64,000 nt of DNA from an uncultured Haloferacaceae archaeon (lineage in GTDB: Archaea > Halobacteriota > Halobacteria > Halobacteriales > Haloferacaceae), in assembly GCA_964512675.1 (NCBI GenBank), contig CAZEJR010000009.1, positions 5,955-69,954 on the forward strand, given 5' to 3'. Both the position numbers and the translations under genes were made by a program. Shown here piece after piece: positions 51,864-62,395 of the stretch (position 1 is its first letter; the number at the start of each line of letters is the position of its first letter). The notes beneath the pieces were generated by a model, which had not been told where the DNA came from, did not search any database, and saw nothing but the letters and a program-made list of their open reading frames with translations.

Positions 51864-52067
51864 GTGACAGTCGGCCGTGACCCCGACGACGAGACGGTCC
51901 GGGACTGTCCGGTGTGTGGCGGGCACCTGTACGACGACGAGTGGCACCTCGTCGGCCACGTCGTCGACCTCCGGGACGGGACGCGGCGGTCGTACCGCTG
52001 CTGTTCCGGCGACTGCCTGCGCGCCCTGGTCAGACCAGCGAGAGCGCAAACAGCGCCCGGAAGGTGA
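51864..52067 (+). CDS. small zinc-finger protein (hypothetical)
   Basis: A GTG start gives VTVGRDPDDETVRDCPVCGGHLYDDEWHLVGHVVDLRDGTRRSYRCCSGDCLRAL. CxxC...CCxxxC, good codon pattern. The 3' end overlaps the convergent PiT gene by 38 nt. Confidence 0.4.
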   Translation: MTVGRDPDDETVRDCPVCGGHLYDDEWHLVGHVVDLRDGTRRSYRCCSGDCLRALVRPARAQTAPGR

Positions 52068-53190
52068 GGTACGCGCCCGCCGTCGAGAGCACCGGGACGA
52101 CGTTCTGCATCACGACGACCCGGCCGGTCGTCTGCGGGTCGAACAGCTCCGACGAGGCCGGTACGTCCTCCGGGTCGCCGATGTCCGGAGTGTCGGCGGC
52201 GACGAGGGCGCCGACGGAGACGCTCGGCTCGTCGGCGCCTCGGACGCCCTCGGCGACGGTGACAGAGCGGGTCGCCCGGCCCCAGCCGAGGCCGACGACC
52301 GACATCGTGGCGATGATCACGAACGAGGCGGGGACGCCGACGGCAGAGAGGGCGGTGACGATGACAGAGGAGACGACGGCGACGACGATTGCCGCCGGGA
52401 GCGGCAGGTCGGTGATGTCGTTTCCGAGGGTGTCGAGCGTCCGGCGGGCGATCGTGAACGCGCCGACGGCGACGGCGCCACAGCCGAGGAGGATCAGCGG
52501 GCTCATCGGCAGACCGGCGCCGTACAGCGGTGCGATCGCGTTCGCGATGTTCGACGTGCCAGACGAGAACGCCATCAGACAGCCGATTGCGACGACGACG
52601 GCGGCGCCGGCGAGCTCCCGCGACGTAGTGTCGGGGGCGGGGGTCGGCCGGGGGACGGCGCCGGAGCGGTCGAGATCGACGAGCGGCCCGTCGCTCGACG
52701 CGACCGCGACCCACCGGCTGATCGTCGGGTAGAGGTACCGGCCGACAACCGCAGAGACCCAGAACCCGACGACCGGCGCGACGATCCACCAGACGACGAT
52801 CTCCCCAATCGTCGCCCAGTTCAGCGACCCGGCGGCGACGTTCAGTCCGGCGATTGCACCGACGGCGGTCATCGACGTCGAGGCCGGAACACCGGCGTAG
52901 TTCCCGACGAACAGCGCGCCGCCGACGAAAAACAGGACGACGATGCTCGTCGACAGCGTGAACACATCCGGGTCGGTGCTCAGGTCGGTGCCGAGCGTCG
53001 TGACCACCTCGCGACCGACCGTCCACGCGCCGAGGAGGAAGAACAGCGACATCAGGCCGGCGGCGGCAGTCTTCGAGAGCACCGCCGAGCCGACCGCCGG
53101 ACCGAACGCCGGTCCGGTCGTCGACCCGCCGACGTTGAAGCCGACGAACGCGGCGACCGCGAGGCCGACGGCCAAGAGCACCGAGATCAT
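52030..53190 (-). CDS. inorganic phosphate transporter, PiT family
   Basis: FNVGGSTTGPAFGPAVGS..., GVPASTSMTAVGAIAG, SSGTSNIANAIAPL, GVPASFVIIATMSVVGLG. Duplicated PiT signature regions. Confidence 0.9.
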   Translation of the reverse strand: MISVLLAVGLAVAAFVGFNVGGSTTGPAFGPAVGSAVLSKTAAAGLMSLFFLLGAWTVGREVVTTLGTDLSTDPDVFTLSTSIVVLFFVGGALFVGNYAGVPASTSMTAVGAIAGLNVAAGSLNWATIGEIVVWWIVAPVVGFWVSAVVGRYLYPTISRWVAVASSDGPLVDLDRSGAVPRPTPAPDTTSRELAGAAVVVAIGCLMAFSSGTSNIANAIAPLYGAGLPMSPLILLGCGAVAVGAFTIARRTLDTLGNDITDLPLPAAIVVAVVSSVIVTALSAVGVPASFVIIATMSVVGLGWGRATRSVTVAEGVRGADEPSVSVGALVAADTPDIGDPEDVPASSELFDPQTTGRVVVMQNVVPVLSTAGAYLTFRALFALSLV

Positions 53191-53241
53191 CGCACGCCGG
53201 TCGTCGGCGACGACGCCTAAACCACACGGGATCTCGCGGGC

Positions 53242-54630
53242 TCAGAGGAGCGCGAACACGGCCGCGCCGAGGAGGCCGCCGCCGACGATCAGGTAGGCGG
53301 CGTCGACGTCACGGCCGAAGAGGACGAACGTCGCCGTCGCCAGCGCGACGCGAACGGGGTCGACCGGCCAGGCCGCGACCGCCGCCGGTGTCCCGGAGAC
53401 GACGGCGAAGGCGTCGACCGCGAGGACTGCCGTCGCGCCGACGATAGCACCGACGACGGCGGCGTTGATCCCCCACAGCGCCGCGCGGACGACCGCGTTC
53501 TCGCGCACCCGTGCGACGAACGGGAAGGCGAGTGTCACGAACAGGAACGACGGGGCAAACGCGCCGAACGCGGCGACGAACGCGCCGACGACGGCCCACC
53601 CGACCGAGCCGTACGTGTCGAGCATCAGCTTGTAGCCGACGAAGGCGGTCGTCATCACGACCGGGCCGGGCGTCAGCTGTCCGATGGCGATCCCGTCGAC
53701 GAACTCCGTCCCGGTCAGCCAGTCGAAGGCGTCGACGACGAACGTCTCGATGAACGGGATGAGCACGAGGCCGCCGCCGAAGATGAACGAGCCGGTGTAG
53801 AGCATGAACAGCGCGAGCCGGACCCAGAGGTTGCTCCAGAGCGCGCCGGCAGCCGCCGTGACTGCCGCCGGGACCGCCACCCGGGCGGCAGCCGCGCCGA
53901 ACAGCCGGTCCCGGAGCGCGAGCGTACCCGCGACGGTCAGGCCGGCGCCGGCGGCGAGGGCGGCTCGACCGGCGTTAGCACGGAGCAATCCGGGGCGGAA
54001 CGCGGCCACCGCGAGCGCACCCGCGACGGCGAACGCGACGACCGGGTTCGGGTCGAGGAGGACGGTGGCGACGAGCGCGCCGGCCAGGAGCGCCGCGAGT
54101 CGGAGGTCGACGGTCGTCTGGCGGCCCGCGACCGACACCGACCGGGCGCCGTCGCTCGCCCCGAGCGCGCTCCGGCCCATCGAGAGCGCGGCGCCGCCGA
54201 TCAGGCCGATCACCACCGGGTTGACGCCGTAGAAAAACGCCCGCACCGACGGCAGGCCGCCGAACGCGAAGTAGACGTACGAGAGCCCGACGACGATCAG
54301 GAACGTCGGCAGCATGAACGACACGCCGGCGACGAGCGCGCCGAGCCGACCGGCCCGGACCCAGCCCATGAAGATCCCGAGCTGTGTCGAGGCCGGACCG
54401 GGGAGTGTGTTACAGACCGCCAGCCCCTCGGCGAACTGCTCGTCGTCTGCCCAGCCGCGCTCGTCCTCGCCGACGAGTTCGTCCTCCATCATCGCGATGT
54501 GGACCAGCGGGCCGCCGAATCCGACGACCCCCAGCTTCAGGAAGAACAGCGCCACCTCGACGAGCCGGGCACGGGAGGGCTCGCCACGGTAGGCGTCGGC
54601 GGCGACGGGGTCCGCGTCGTCGGTGGCCAC
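53242..54630 (-). CDS. chrA: chromate ion transporter (CHR family, fused two-domain ChrA)
   Basis: FLKLGVVGFGGPLVHIAMM...CNTLPGPASTQL in the first half, and SFIFGGGLVLIPF...GIAIGQLTPGPVVMTTAFVGY in the second half. Confidence 0.9.
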   Translation of the reverse strand: MATDDADPVAADAYRGEPSRARLVEVALFFLKLGVVGFGGPLVHIAMMEDELVGEDERGWADDEQFAEGLAVCNTLPGPASTQLGIFMGWVRAGRLGALVAGVSFMLPTFLIVVGLSYVYFAFGGLPSVRAFFYGVNPVVIGLIGGAALSMGRSALGASDGARSVSVAGRQTTVDLRLAALLAGALVATVLLDPNPVVAFAVAGALAVAAFRPGLLRANAGRAALAAGAGLTVAGTLALRDRLFGAAAARVAVPAAVTAAAGALWSNLWVRLALFMLYTGSFIFGGGLVLIPFIETFVVDAFDWLTGTEFVDGIAIGQLTPGPVVMTTAFVGYKLMLDTYGSVGWAVVGAFVAAFGAFAPSFLFVTLAFPFVARVRENAVVRAALWGINAAVVGAIVGATAVLAVDAFAVVSGTPAAVAAWPVDPVRVALATATFVLFGRDVDAAYLIVGGGLLGAAVFALL

Positions 54631-54740
54631 ACAGCCGGCTGGGGTCGGGGGTGACTAAACGCTGACTCGGGAGCGCTCTAAACCGCTCCGAAGCGCTCCG
54701 GAGACGAAAGTGGTCTGACTCTCGCCGGCGTATCGCGACC

Positions 54741-55067
54741 GTGCGCCACACGCCCGACGCCGTGCGAGAGCGGCTCGACGACCTGCTCGCGGCGCGCTTG
54801 CGCGACGACGCGACCGCCGTCGAGGCGGAGCTTCGATCCGACCTGCGTCTCCGGGTCGAGCCACAGGACGGGGCGCTCCGGGTCGCGTTCCGGCTGCGCG
54901 CCCGGGAGCGTCGGTCGCACCTCCGCGACGGCGACGCGTTTCTCGCGACCTACGCCGACGAGCTCGACGACCTGTTGCGGTCGTGGGGGGTCGACCCGCC
55001 GGGACAGTACGCGTTCGCCCGCGAGACGGGCGCGTGGGACGTCTACACGGCGACCGTCGACGGCTGA
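54741..55067 (+). CDS. hypothetical protein
   Basis: 108 aa with a GTG start, acidic, acceptable codon pattern. No motif recognised. Confidence 0.5.
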   Translation: MRHTPDAVRERLDDLLAARLRDDATAVEAELRSDLRLRVEPQDGALRVAFRLRARERRSHLRDGDAFLATYADELDDLLRSWGVDPPGQYAFARETGAWDVYTATVDG

Positions 55068-55163
55068 GGCGGTGCCGTCGTGGCACGTCCGCAAGCACTA
55101 AGTTAGACTCGTCTAATTCGTAGCCGTGGTACGACCGTCCGGAACCGGTCACCGAGAGAATCC

Positions 55164-55874
55164 ATGGTAGGCTTCGTCGAGATCGTCGCTATCGCCGCAG
55201 TCGCACAGCTGACGGTCCTGCCCGGCGAGAAGGTTCAGTTCATCATCGCCGGGCTGTCGACCCGGTTCGACCCGAAGGTGGTCGTCGGGGCCGCGGCAGC
55301 GGCGTTCGCGGGCTGGACGGCGCTCGAGATCGCGTTCGGGCGGGCGATCCAGCGCGCGCTCCCCGGACTCGCGCTCGACGCGCTCACCGCCGGCCTGTTC
55401 CTGCTGTTCGCGGTGCTGCTCGTCCGGTCGGCGCCCGACCGCGACGCCGCGGCACAGACCGACGGCGGCCTCGGCATCGGAGGACTGGACGTCGCGGCGA
55501 TCGACCCGGAGTTCGACGTCGGACGGGTCACCGTCGGCGGGCGGGCCGGCGAGTTCCTCACCATCTTCGCGATGATGGCCGCCGGCGAGTTCGGCGACAA
55601 GACACAGCTGGTCACGATCGGGCTGGCGGTCCAGTACGGCGCGACGCCGGCCATCTGGGTCGGCGAGATGCTCGCCATCGTCCCGGTGAGTCTCGCGAAC
55701 GCCTACCTCTTCAGCCGGTTCTCGGGACGGTTCGACGCCCGGGCGGCCCACTACGTCGGCGCGGCGCTGTTTGCCTTCTTCGCCCTCGACACCGTGCTCG
55801 CGGTGACGACCGGGGTCTCGGTCTGGGAGACGGCTGTCGGCTGGGCGTCGGACCTCCTGCTCGCGCTGGTCTGA
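55164..55874 (+). CDS. TMEM165/GDT1 (UPF0016) family cation (Ca2+/Mn2+) transporter
   Basis: Two repeats carrying the E-x-G-D-(K/R)-(T/S) family motif: LPGEKVQF and AAGEFGDKTQLV. About 6 TM. Confidence 0.85.
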   Translation: MVGFVEIVAIAAVAQLTVLPGEKVQFIIAGLSTRFDPKVVVGAAAAAFAGWTALEIAFGRAIQRALPGLALDALTAGLFLLFAVLLVRSAPDRDAAAQTDGGLGIGGLDVAAIDPEFDVGRVTVGGRAGEFLTIFAMMAAGEFGDKTQLVTIGLAVQYGATPAIWVGEMLAIVPVSLANAYLFSRFSGRFDARAAHYVGAALFAFFALDTVLAVTTGVSVWETAVGWASDLLLALV

Positions 55875-57932
55875 TCACTCGACGAACAGGTCGACCGCGA
55901 CCGCGCCAGACCGTGTCGCGACGAGCGGGTTCAGCTCGAGCGTCGACAGGTCGTGTGCGAGGTACGCCTCGGAGACGCCGGCCAGCGCCGCGACGACCGC
56001 CTCGCGGTCCGCGGGTGCGTCCCGGCGACCGTCGAGGAGTCGGTCGAGGGCCGAGTCGGCGACCATCTCCCGGGCGTCCGTCTCGGTCAGCGGCAGGGCG
56101 CGGTGGGCGAAGGCGTCGTCGAACAGTTCGACGCGCGTCCCGCCGGGGCCGACGGTCGCGACCGGTCCGAAGTCCGGGTCGTCGACGACGCCGGCGACAC
56201 ACTCGACGCCCGTCACCGTCTCCTGGACGAGGACGTCGCCCGTGTCCGAGAGTTCGCGGTAGGTCGCCCGGACCGCCTCGTCGCCGGAGAGGTCGGTCAC
56301 CACGCCGCCGACCTCGGTCTTGTGCGCCGTCGAGAGCGGGTCGAGCTTCAGCACGACCGGGTCGCCGAGGCGGGCCGCCGCCGCGACCGCCGCGTCGGCG
56401 TCGTCGACGAGCTCGTCCGCCGCGAACCGGACGCCGTGGGCCGCGAGGCGCTCCGTCGCGTCGGCCCAGTCTCGCGGGAACGGCGTGCGGTCGGTCGGGA
56501 GGTCCCACCCCGCGTCGCGGGCGGCGAGACGCCGACGCCGGTCGGCGGCGGCGTGGACCGCGGCGAGCGTCTCGACGGCCCGTACGGGGTCGCCGAACGT
56601 CCAGACGTTCCGGTCGTGGAGACGCGCCAGCGTCGCGTCGTCGGGCACCGAGCCGGTGAAGACGGCGGCGACGGGCAGGTCGTGGCGCTCGCGGACCGCG
56701 AGCACCTCTGCCCCGCAGGCCGCGACGGTCTCGGCGCCGGAGTTGCCGAACTGGAGGAGTAGCGAGCCGACGCCAGGGTCGCCGGCGACGGCGTCGAGAC
56801 ACCGCTCGAACACCGCCGGGTCGGAGATCGCTCCGCCCGTCACGTCGACCGGGTTCGTCGGCGAGCCGTACGGCGGTATCTCGCGCTCGACGGCTGCGCG
56901 GGCGTCGTCGCCGAGCGTGGCGAGCGAGAGCCCGAGCCGCTCGCAGGCGTCGGCCACCAGCGCCGCGGCGCCCCCGGAGATGCTGACGCCGCCGAGACCC
57001 GTCCCCGCCGGCGGTTCGGACGACGCCGGCAGGCGCGAGAACGCCGCGACTGCGTCGGCGAGGGCGTCGACGCTCCGGACACGGGTCGCGCCCGCCTGCG
57101 CCAGCAGGGCGTCGTAGACGGCGTCGTCGGTTGCCACGCTGCCCGTGTGTGACTCGGTCGCGCGCTCGCCCGCGTCGGAGGCACCGACACGCATCGCGAC
57201 GACGTGGGTGTCCGTCTCGACGGCGCGCTCGCCCGCCGCGAGCAGACGCCGACCGTCGGAGACCGACTCGAGGTACGCCGCCACCACGTCGACCGCGGGG
57301 TCCTCGACGTAGTGAGCGAGGACCTCCAGGGCGTCGACGTCCGCCTCGTTCCCGGTCGTGACCCACGCCCGTGTGCCGACGTCGCGGGTCTGGAGCAGCT
57401 GGAAGACGGCGCCGCCGAACGCGCCGCTCTGGCTGACGAACCCGACGGGGCCGGAGACGAGGTCGTCACGCTTCAGAATCGAGGAGAAGGAGGCCGCGAC
57501 GGGCGCGCCGTCGACGGGGACGGAGAGGAGCCCCTCGGAGTTCGGCCCGACCAGCCGCACCCCGCCCTCGCGCGCTGCCGCGGCGACCGCCTCCTGGCGC
57601 TCACGGCCGGTCGCGCCGGTCTCGGCGAACCCCGACGCGACGACGACGGCGAACGGGACGTCCGCGGCGCCGCAGTCCCGGATTACGCTCTCGACGGCGC
57701 CGGCCGGCACGAGGACGAGAGCGACGTCGACCGCCGGGACGTCCCGCACCGAGTCGTGACACGGCCGACCGTCGATCGACTCGCGGTTCGGGTTGACGAG
57801 GTGGACCGCCCCGTCGTAGCCGTGGTCGTCGAGGTAGCGGTGGGGACGACCGGCGAGCTTCTCCGGGTCGGCGGAGGCGCCGACGACGGCGACGGCGTCC
57901 GGGTCGAACAGCCGCGAGAGGGCGGCGGTCAC
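55875..57932 (-). CDS. ADP-forming acetyl/acyl-CoA synthetase (fused alpha-beta, NDP-forming)
   Basis: N-terminal CoA-binding domain (AVAVVGASADPEKLAGRP...), succinyl-CoA-synthetase-like flavodoxin domains (GPNSEGLL, TGNEAD), C-terminal ATP-grasp. Confidence 0.9.
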   Translation of the reverse strand: MTAALSRLFDPDAVAVVGASADPEKLAGRPHRYLDDHGYDGAVHLVNPNRESIDGRPCHDSVRDVPAVDVALVLVPAGAVESVIRDCGAADVPFAVVVASGFAETGATGRERQEAVAAAAREGGVRLVGPNSEGLLSVPVDGAPVAASFSSILKRDDLVSGPVGFVSQSGAFGGAVFQLLQTRDVGTRAWVTTGNEADVDALEVLAHYVEDPAVDVVAAYLESVSDGRRLLAAGERAVETDTHVVAMRVGASDAGERATESHTGSVATDDAVYDALLAQAGATRVRSVDALADAVAAFSRLPASSEPPAGTGLGGVSISGGAAALVADACERLGLSLATLGDDARAAVEREIPPYGSPTNPVDVTGGAISDPAVFERCLDAVAGDPGVGSLLLQFGNSGAETVAACGAEVLAVRERHDLPVAAVFTGSVPDDATLARLHDRNVWTFGDPVRAVETLAAVHAAADRRRRLAARDAGWDLPTDRTPFPRDWADATERLAAHGVRFAADELVDDADAAVAAAARLGDPVVLKLDPLSTAHKTEVGGVVTDLSGDEAVRATYRELSDTGDVLVQETVTGVECVAGVVDDPDFGPVATVGPGGTRVELFDDAFAHRALPLTETDAREMVADSALDRLLDGRRDAPADREAVVAALAGVSEAYLAHDLSTLELNPLVATRSGAVAVDLFVE

Positions 57933-58062
57933 GGCTCCTCCCGGAGCGGCGCAAGCGCCGCAGCGACGGTGTCGAGCACCCGTCGCTCCGCCCCGCGGAC
58001 GACCGACTCCGGGAGGGCAGCGGCGACGAACTGGCCGAGCGCCGCCGCGGGATCACGGTCGA

Positions 58063-59205
58063 TCACGACAGTCCGCTGTCTTTCAGCTCCGCGGCGATGT
58101 TGTCGCGCTGGATCTCGACCGTTCCGCCGGCGATCTTCCACCCGCGGACCCAGCGGTAGAGGTACTCGACCGGACTCGACTGCATATACCCCCGGGCGCC
58201 ACAGATCTGGAGCGCCTCGTCGACGGCAGTCTGACCGGCCTCGTTCGCCAGCACCTTCGCCATCGACGTCTCCAGCCGCGACGGACCGGTGCGGGTCGCC
58301 CGGTCGGCGGCGCGGTAGACCATCAGCCGGGCGGCCTCGAGCTGGATCGCGACGTCGGCGAGCTTCCACTCGATCCCCTGGAAGTCGGCGATCCGCTCGC
58401 CGAACTGCTCGCGGTCGCGGGCGTAGTCCAGCGCCTCGTCGAACGCGGCCAGCCCACAGGCGACACACATCATCGCGTTGTGACACCGCTCGACGTTGAA
58501 CTCGGTCAGGAGGCGCTTGAACGACTCCGGACCGCGGGCGAGCACCTGGTCGCGGGGCACCTCGCAGCCGTCGAACCGGAGCTCGTGCTGTGTGTGGCCC
58601 GCCATGTTCGTGTGTGCGTCGCCGAGCGCGAACCCGGGCGCGTCGGCGTCGACGACGACCGCGCCGACCCCCGGCTCGCCGTCGCCGCGGTCGTCGAACC
58701 GCGCCCAGACGAGGAAGGCCCCGGCCTCCTCGGCTCTGCCGACCCAGATCTTCCCGCCGTCGATCCGGACCGTGTCGCCGTCGACGCGCGCGCTCGTGGT
58801 CATGTTCCCGGCGTCTGACCCCGCCTCTGGTTCGGAGATGGCGGTCGACATCGTCAGGTCGCCCGCGCAGACCTCCGGGAGGTACCGCTCTCTCAGCGCC
58901 TCGCTTCCGAGCTCCGCGATGATGCGTGGCGGCCCCATCGACGACCGCGAGAGGACGTGTGCGGTGTCCGGACAGACCCGTCCGACCGCCTCCTGCGCGA
59001 GGAGGACGTCGACGACGCTCCCGCCGCCGCCGCCGTACCGCTCCGGGATCGCGAGACCGAGGAGTCCCGCCTCCGCGAGCGTCTCGCGGTTCTCCACGGG
59101 GAGGTCGCCCTCCCAGGTGAACGCCGCGGGGGCGAACTCCGTGGCGGCGAGGTCGGCGGCGGCCTCTTGAAGATCGCGCTGCGAGTCCGTGAGTGTGAAT
59201 CGCAT
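58063..59205 (-). CDS. acyl-CoA dehydrogenase
   Basis: Internal ATG (59205): MRFTLTDSQRDLQEAA..., AISEPEAGSD, DGGKIWV, FGERIADFQGIEWKLADV, QICGARGY, IAGGTVEIQRDNIA. Confidence 0.95.
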   Translation of the reverse strand: MRFTLTDSQRDLQEAAADLAATEFAPAAFTWEGDLPVENRETLAEAGLLGLAIPERYGGGGGSVVDVLLAQEAVGRVCPDTAHVLSRSSMGPPRIIAELGSEALRERYLPEVCAGDLTMSTAISEPEAGSDAGNMTTSARVDGDTVRIDGGKIWVGRAEEAGAFLVWARFDDRGDGEPGVGAVVVDADAPGFALGDAHTNMAGHTQHELRFDGCEVPRDQVLARGPESFKRLLTEFNVERCHNAMMCVACGLAAFDEALDYARDREQFGERIADFQGIEWKLADVAIQLEAARLMVYRAADRATRTGPSRLETSMAKVLANEAGQTAVDEALQICGARGYMQSSPVEYLYRWVRGWKIAGGTVEIQRDNIAAELKDSGLS

Positions 59206-59306
59206 ACGCGCGGTCGGCGCGGTGGTCTTATAGTCGTGGCGATGGCGGCGGGCAGCCGTCTGCCGCCCGCAGGACGCCACAGCCGGCTCCGGAACACACC
59301 CGGCGG

Positions 59307-60470
59307 TCAGCCCCGGAGCGCGTCGACGGGGCGCTCGTTCGCCGCGCGCCACGCCGGGTAGACGCCCGCGAGGAGGCTGATGCCGACGCCGAAGCCGAAG
59401 GCGGCGATCAAGTAGCCGACGGCCCCCGGCGTGAACGCGAGCGGGTCGCCGAGGAAGGCGGCGTTCGCGACCATCACAGCCGGGAGCGCGATTGCCACCC
59501 CCGCGGTCGCGCCGGCGGCGCCGATCAGGCCCGCCTCCGCGAGGAGGATCCGGACGACCGCGCCGCGGCTGTAGCCGACCGCCCGGAGGACGCCGATCTC
59601 CTCGCGCCGACGGATCACGGCCATCAACATCGTGTTCGCGATTGCGACGCCGGCGACCACGAGCGAGATGGCGCCGATCCCGACGAGAAAGGTGTTGATG
59701 CCGTTTACCACCTGTGTGAACAGACGCAACAGCGCGGTCAGTTCGAACACCAGGAGCCGGTCGCGCCGGTCGTTGAACTCCTCGCGGAGGAGGGCAGCCG
59801 TCAGCTCCGCCTCGTCCGCCGAGCCGGTCAACACCCGGACCCGGTCGTACTGCCGGTCGTCGAGCGCACGGGTCGGGAGGTAGACGTCGGCGCTCCCGAC
59901 CCCACCGGTCGACTCGGAGAGCACCGCGACGACCCGGTAGGTCTCTACCGACTCGTCGCCCGTGCTGATCCGCAGTCGGTCGCCGAGCTCGAGGCCGTGG
60001 TCGGACGCGAACCGGCTCGAGACGGCTGCCTGTCGACGCCACGTGGACGGGAGCTCGCCGCGTGCGACGGGCGTGATGGCCCGGAGCGCCGCCGCGGACT
60101 CGACGTAGTTGAGCGACACCTGCTCCGACCGGTCGCTCCGGCGGTGCCACTGGCCGTCGCGGGTCGTCGTCGCGACGACCGCGGTCGTGCCCACCGTCTC
60201 CTGTATCTCGACTAAGTCTTCGCGGGTGAACTGCTCCCGCTCGCGGTCGGGGCCCGGGAAGACGTAGACGTTCGTCGCGCCCTGTGACTCGACGCGCTCG
60301 AGCTGGCCCGACTTGAACGCCTCGCCGCCGGCCCCGACGACCGCTATCGAGACGACGCCGATCAGGATCGCCGCGGCGGCCAGCGCCGACCGGAGCTTCG
60401 CCCGCGAGACGTTCCGGAGCGCGGCCACGAGGACGGGGACGGACCCCCCGAGCCGGTGTCGAAGGCTCAC
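59307..60470 (-). CDS. ABC transporter permease, FtsX/MacB type (paralog 2)
   Basis: GTG start (60470). N-terminal TM (LRNVSRAKLRSALAAAAILIGVVSIA), large extracytoplasmic domain, C-terminal FtsX domain (IANTMLMAVIRRREEIGVLRAVGY...YPAWRAA). Confidence 0.85.
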   Translation of the reverse strand: MSLRHRLGGSVPVLVAALRNVSRAKLRSALAAAAILIGVVSIAVVGAGGEAFKSGQLERVESQGATNVYVFPGPDREREQFTREDLVEIQETVGTTAVVATTTRDGQWHRRSDRSEQVSLNYVESAAALRAITPVARGELPSTWRRQAAVSSRFASDHGLELGDRLRISTGDESVETYRVVAVLSESTGGVGSADVYLPTRALDDRQYDRVRVLTGSADEAELTAALLREEFNDRRDRLLVFELTALLRLFTQVVNGINTFLVGIGAISLVVAGVAIANTMLMAVIRRREEIGVLRAVGYSRGAVVRILLAEAGLIGAAGATAGVAIALPAVMVANAAFLGDPLAFTPGAVGYLIAAFGFGVGISLLAGVYPAWRAANERPVDALRG

Positions 60471-60498
60471 GAGTGGCCACCGCCGGGCGGGGCGGACG

Positions 60499-61680
60499 TC
60501 ACTCGAGCGCCTCCACTGGCTCGCGGGTCGCCGCGCGCCACGCCGGGTAGGCCCCGCCGACGACGGCGATCCCCAGCCCGAGTGCGGCGCCGAGCGCGAC
60601 GTAGCGCAGACCGGTCGGCGTGAACGCCAGCGGGTCGCCGAGGAGCGCGTGGTTGACCACGGCACCGATCCCGAGCGTCAGCGGGACGCCGACGGCTACC
60701 CCGACGGCCCCGAGGAGCGTCGCCTCGGCGACGACCAGCCGGAGGACGGCCCACTTCCCGTAGCCGACGGCCCGGAGGACGCCGAGTTCGCCCTCGCGTT
60801 CCGCGATCGACATCAGCATGGTGTTCGTGATCGTCACGGCGGCGACGAGCAGCGAGACGGCCCCGAGTCCGAGGAGAAACAGGTTGATCTGCTCGAACGT
60901 CTCCTCGCGCCGGTCGCGCTGGTCGCTGACCCGGTCGACGAACACGGTGCGGTCGCGGCTGTTGAACTCCGTCTCGACGCGCTCGACCGTCTCGTCGAGC
61001 GAGCCCTCCCGGGCGTCGACCTGGACGAGCGCCTCGTCGTACGTCGGGTCGTCGAACTGTCCGACCGGGACGAACACGGACCGGTCGGCCGACAGCGGGT
61101 CCGAGAACCCCTGTCCGTTCAGCACGCCGGCGACACGGAACGACCGGGTGAACGAGTCGGTCGAGACCGTCACCCGGTCGCCGACCGCGAGGTCGTTGTT
61201 CGCGGCGACTCGCGACCCGACGACGACCGCGCGCGCCGACGAGCCGGGGAACGACCCGGACCGGAGCTCGTAGAACCGCGACGGGTCTGACATCGACACC
61301 ACACGGACGGTGAGCAGCGCCTCTCCCTCCGGCGTCCGGACGGTGTCGTTCGCCGGCCTGACGACGGGGATCACCGCCGCGCTCCCGACGGCCTGGCGGA
61401 GCCGACCGACCTCCTGCTCCGAGAGCGCCCCGTTCGGCTCCGCCGCGCCGTCGTCCGGGAAGTCCAGCTGTGAGACGGTCGCGACGCCGCCGAACCCGTC
61501 GTAGGCCGCGAGCTGGTTCTGTGTGAACGCCTCGCCCCCGAGACCGACGCCGCCGACGGCGACGACGCCGATGACGACGGCGACGACCGCGAGCGCCGAC
61601 CGGGCGGTCGCCCGCGAGACGTTCCGGCGGGCGAGAGCGACCGTCGGAACGTAGCCCGCGAGCCGGGCGAGCAGTCTCAC
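60499..61680 (-). CDS. ABC transporter permease, FtsX/MacB type (paralog 1)
   Basis: GTG start (61680). Same layout as paralog 2: RRNVSRATARSALAVVAVVIGVVAV..., ITNTMLMSIAEREGELGVLRAVGY...YPAWRAA. Confidence 0.85.
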   Translation of the reverse strand: MRLLARLAGYVPTVALARRNVSRATARSALAVVAVVIGVVAVGGVGLGGEAFTQNQLAAYDGFGGVATVSQLDFPDDGAAEPNGALSEQEVGRLRQAVGSAAVIPVVRPANDTVRTPEGEALLTVRVVSMSDPSRFYELRSGSFPGSSARAVVVGSRVAANNDLAVGDRVTVSTDSFTRSFRVAGVLNGQGFSDPLSADRSVFVPVGQFDDPTYDEALVQVDAREGSLDETVERVETEFNSRDRTVFVDRVSDQRDRREETFEQINLFLLGLGAVSLLVAAVTITNTMLMSIAEREGELGVLRAVGYGKWAVLRLVVAEATLLGAVGVAVGVPLTLGIGAVVNHALLGDPLAFTPTGLRYVALGAALGLGIAVVGGAYPAWRAATREPVEALE

Positions 61681-61702
61681 GGCGTGTCGCGGGCGTGTAT
61701 CG

Positions 61703-62392
<690 letters not shown>

Positions 62393-62395
62393 GGT

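Noticed and set aside
55068-55163. Possible Mn-responsive (yybP-ykoY-like) riboswitch upstream of the UPF0016/GDT1 transporter, and a 14-codon uORF (GTG at 55127, stop overlapping the ATG).
   Set aside because: The 96-nt spacer is too short and shows none of the four-helix architecture. The uORF is full of rare codons. Only the shared 13-mer motif is reported as a finding.
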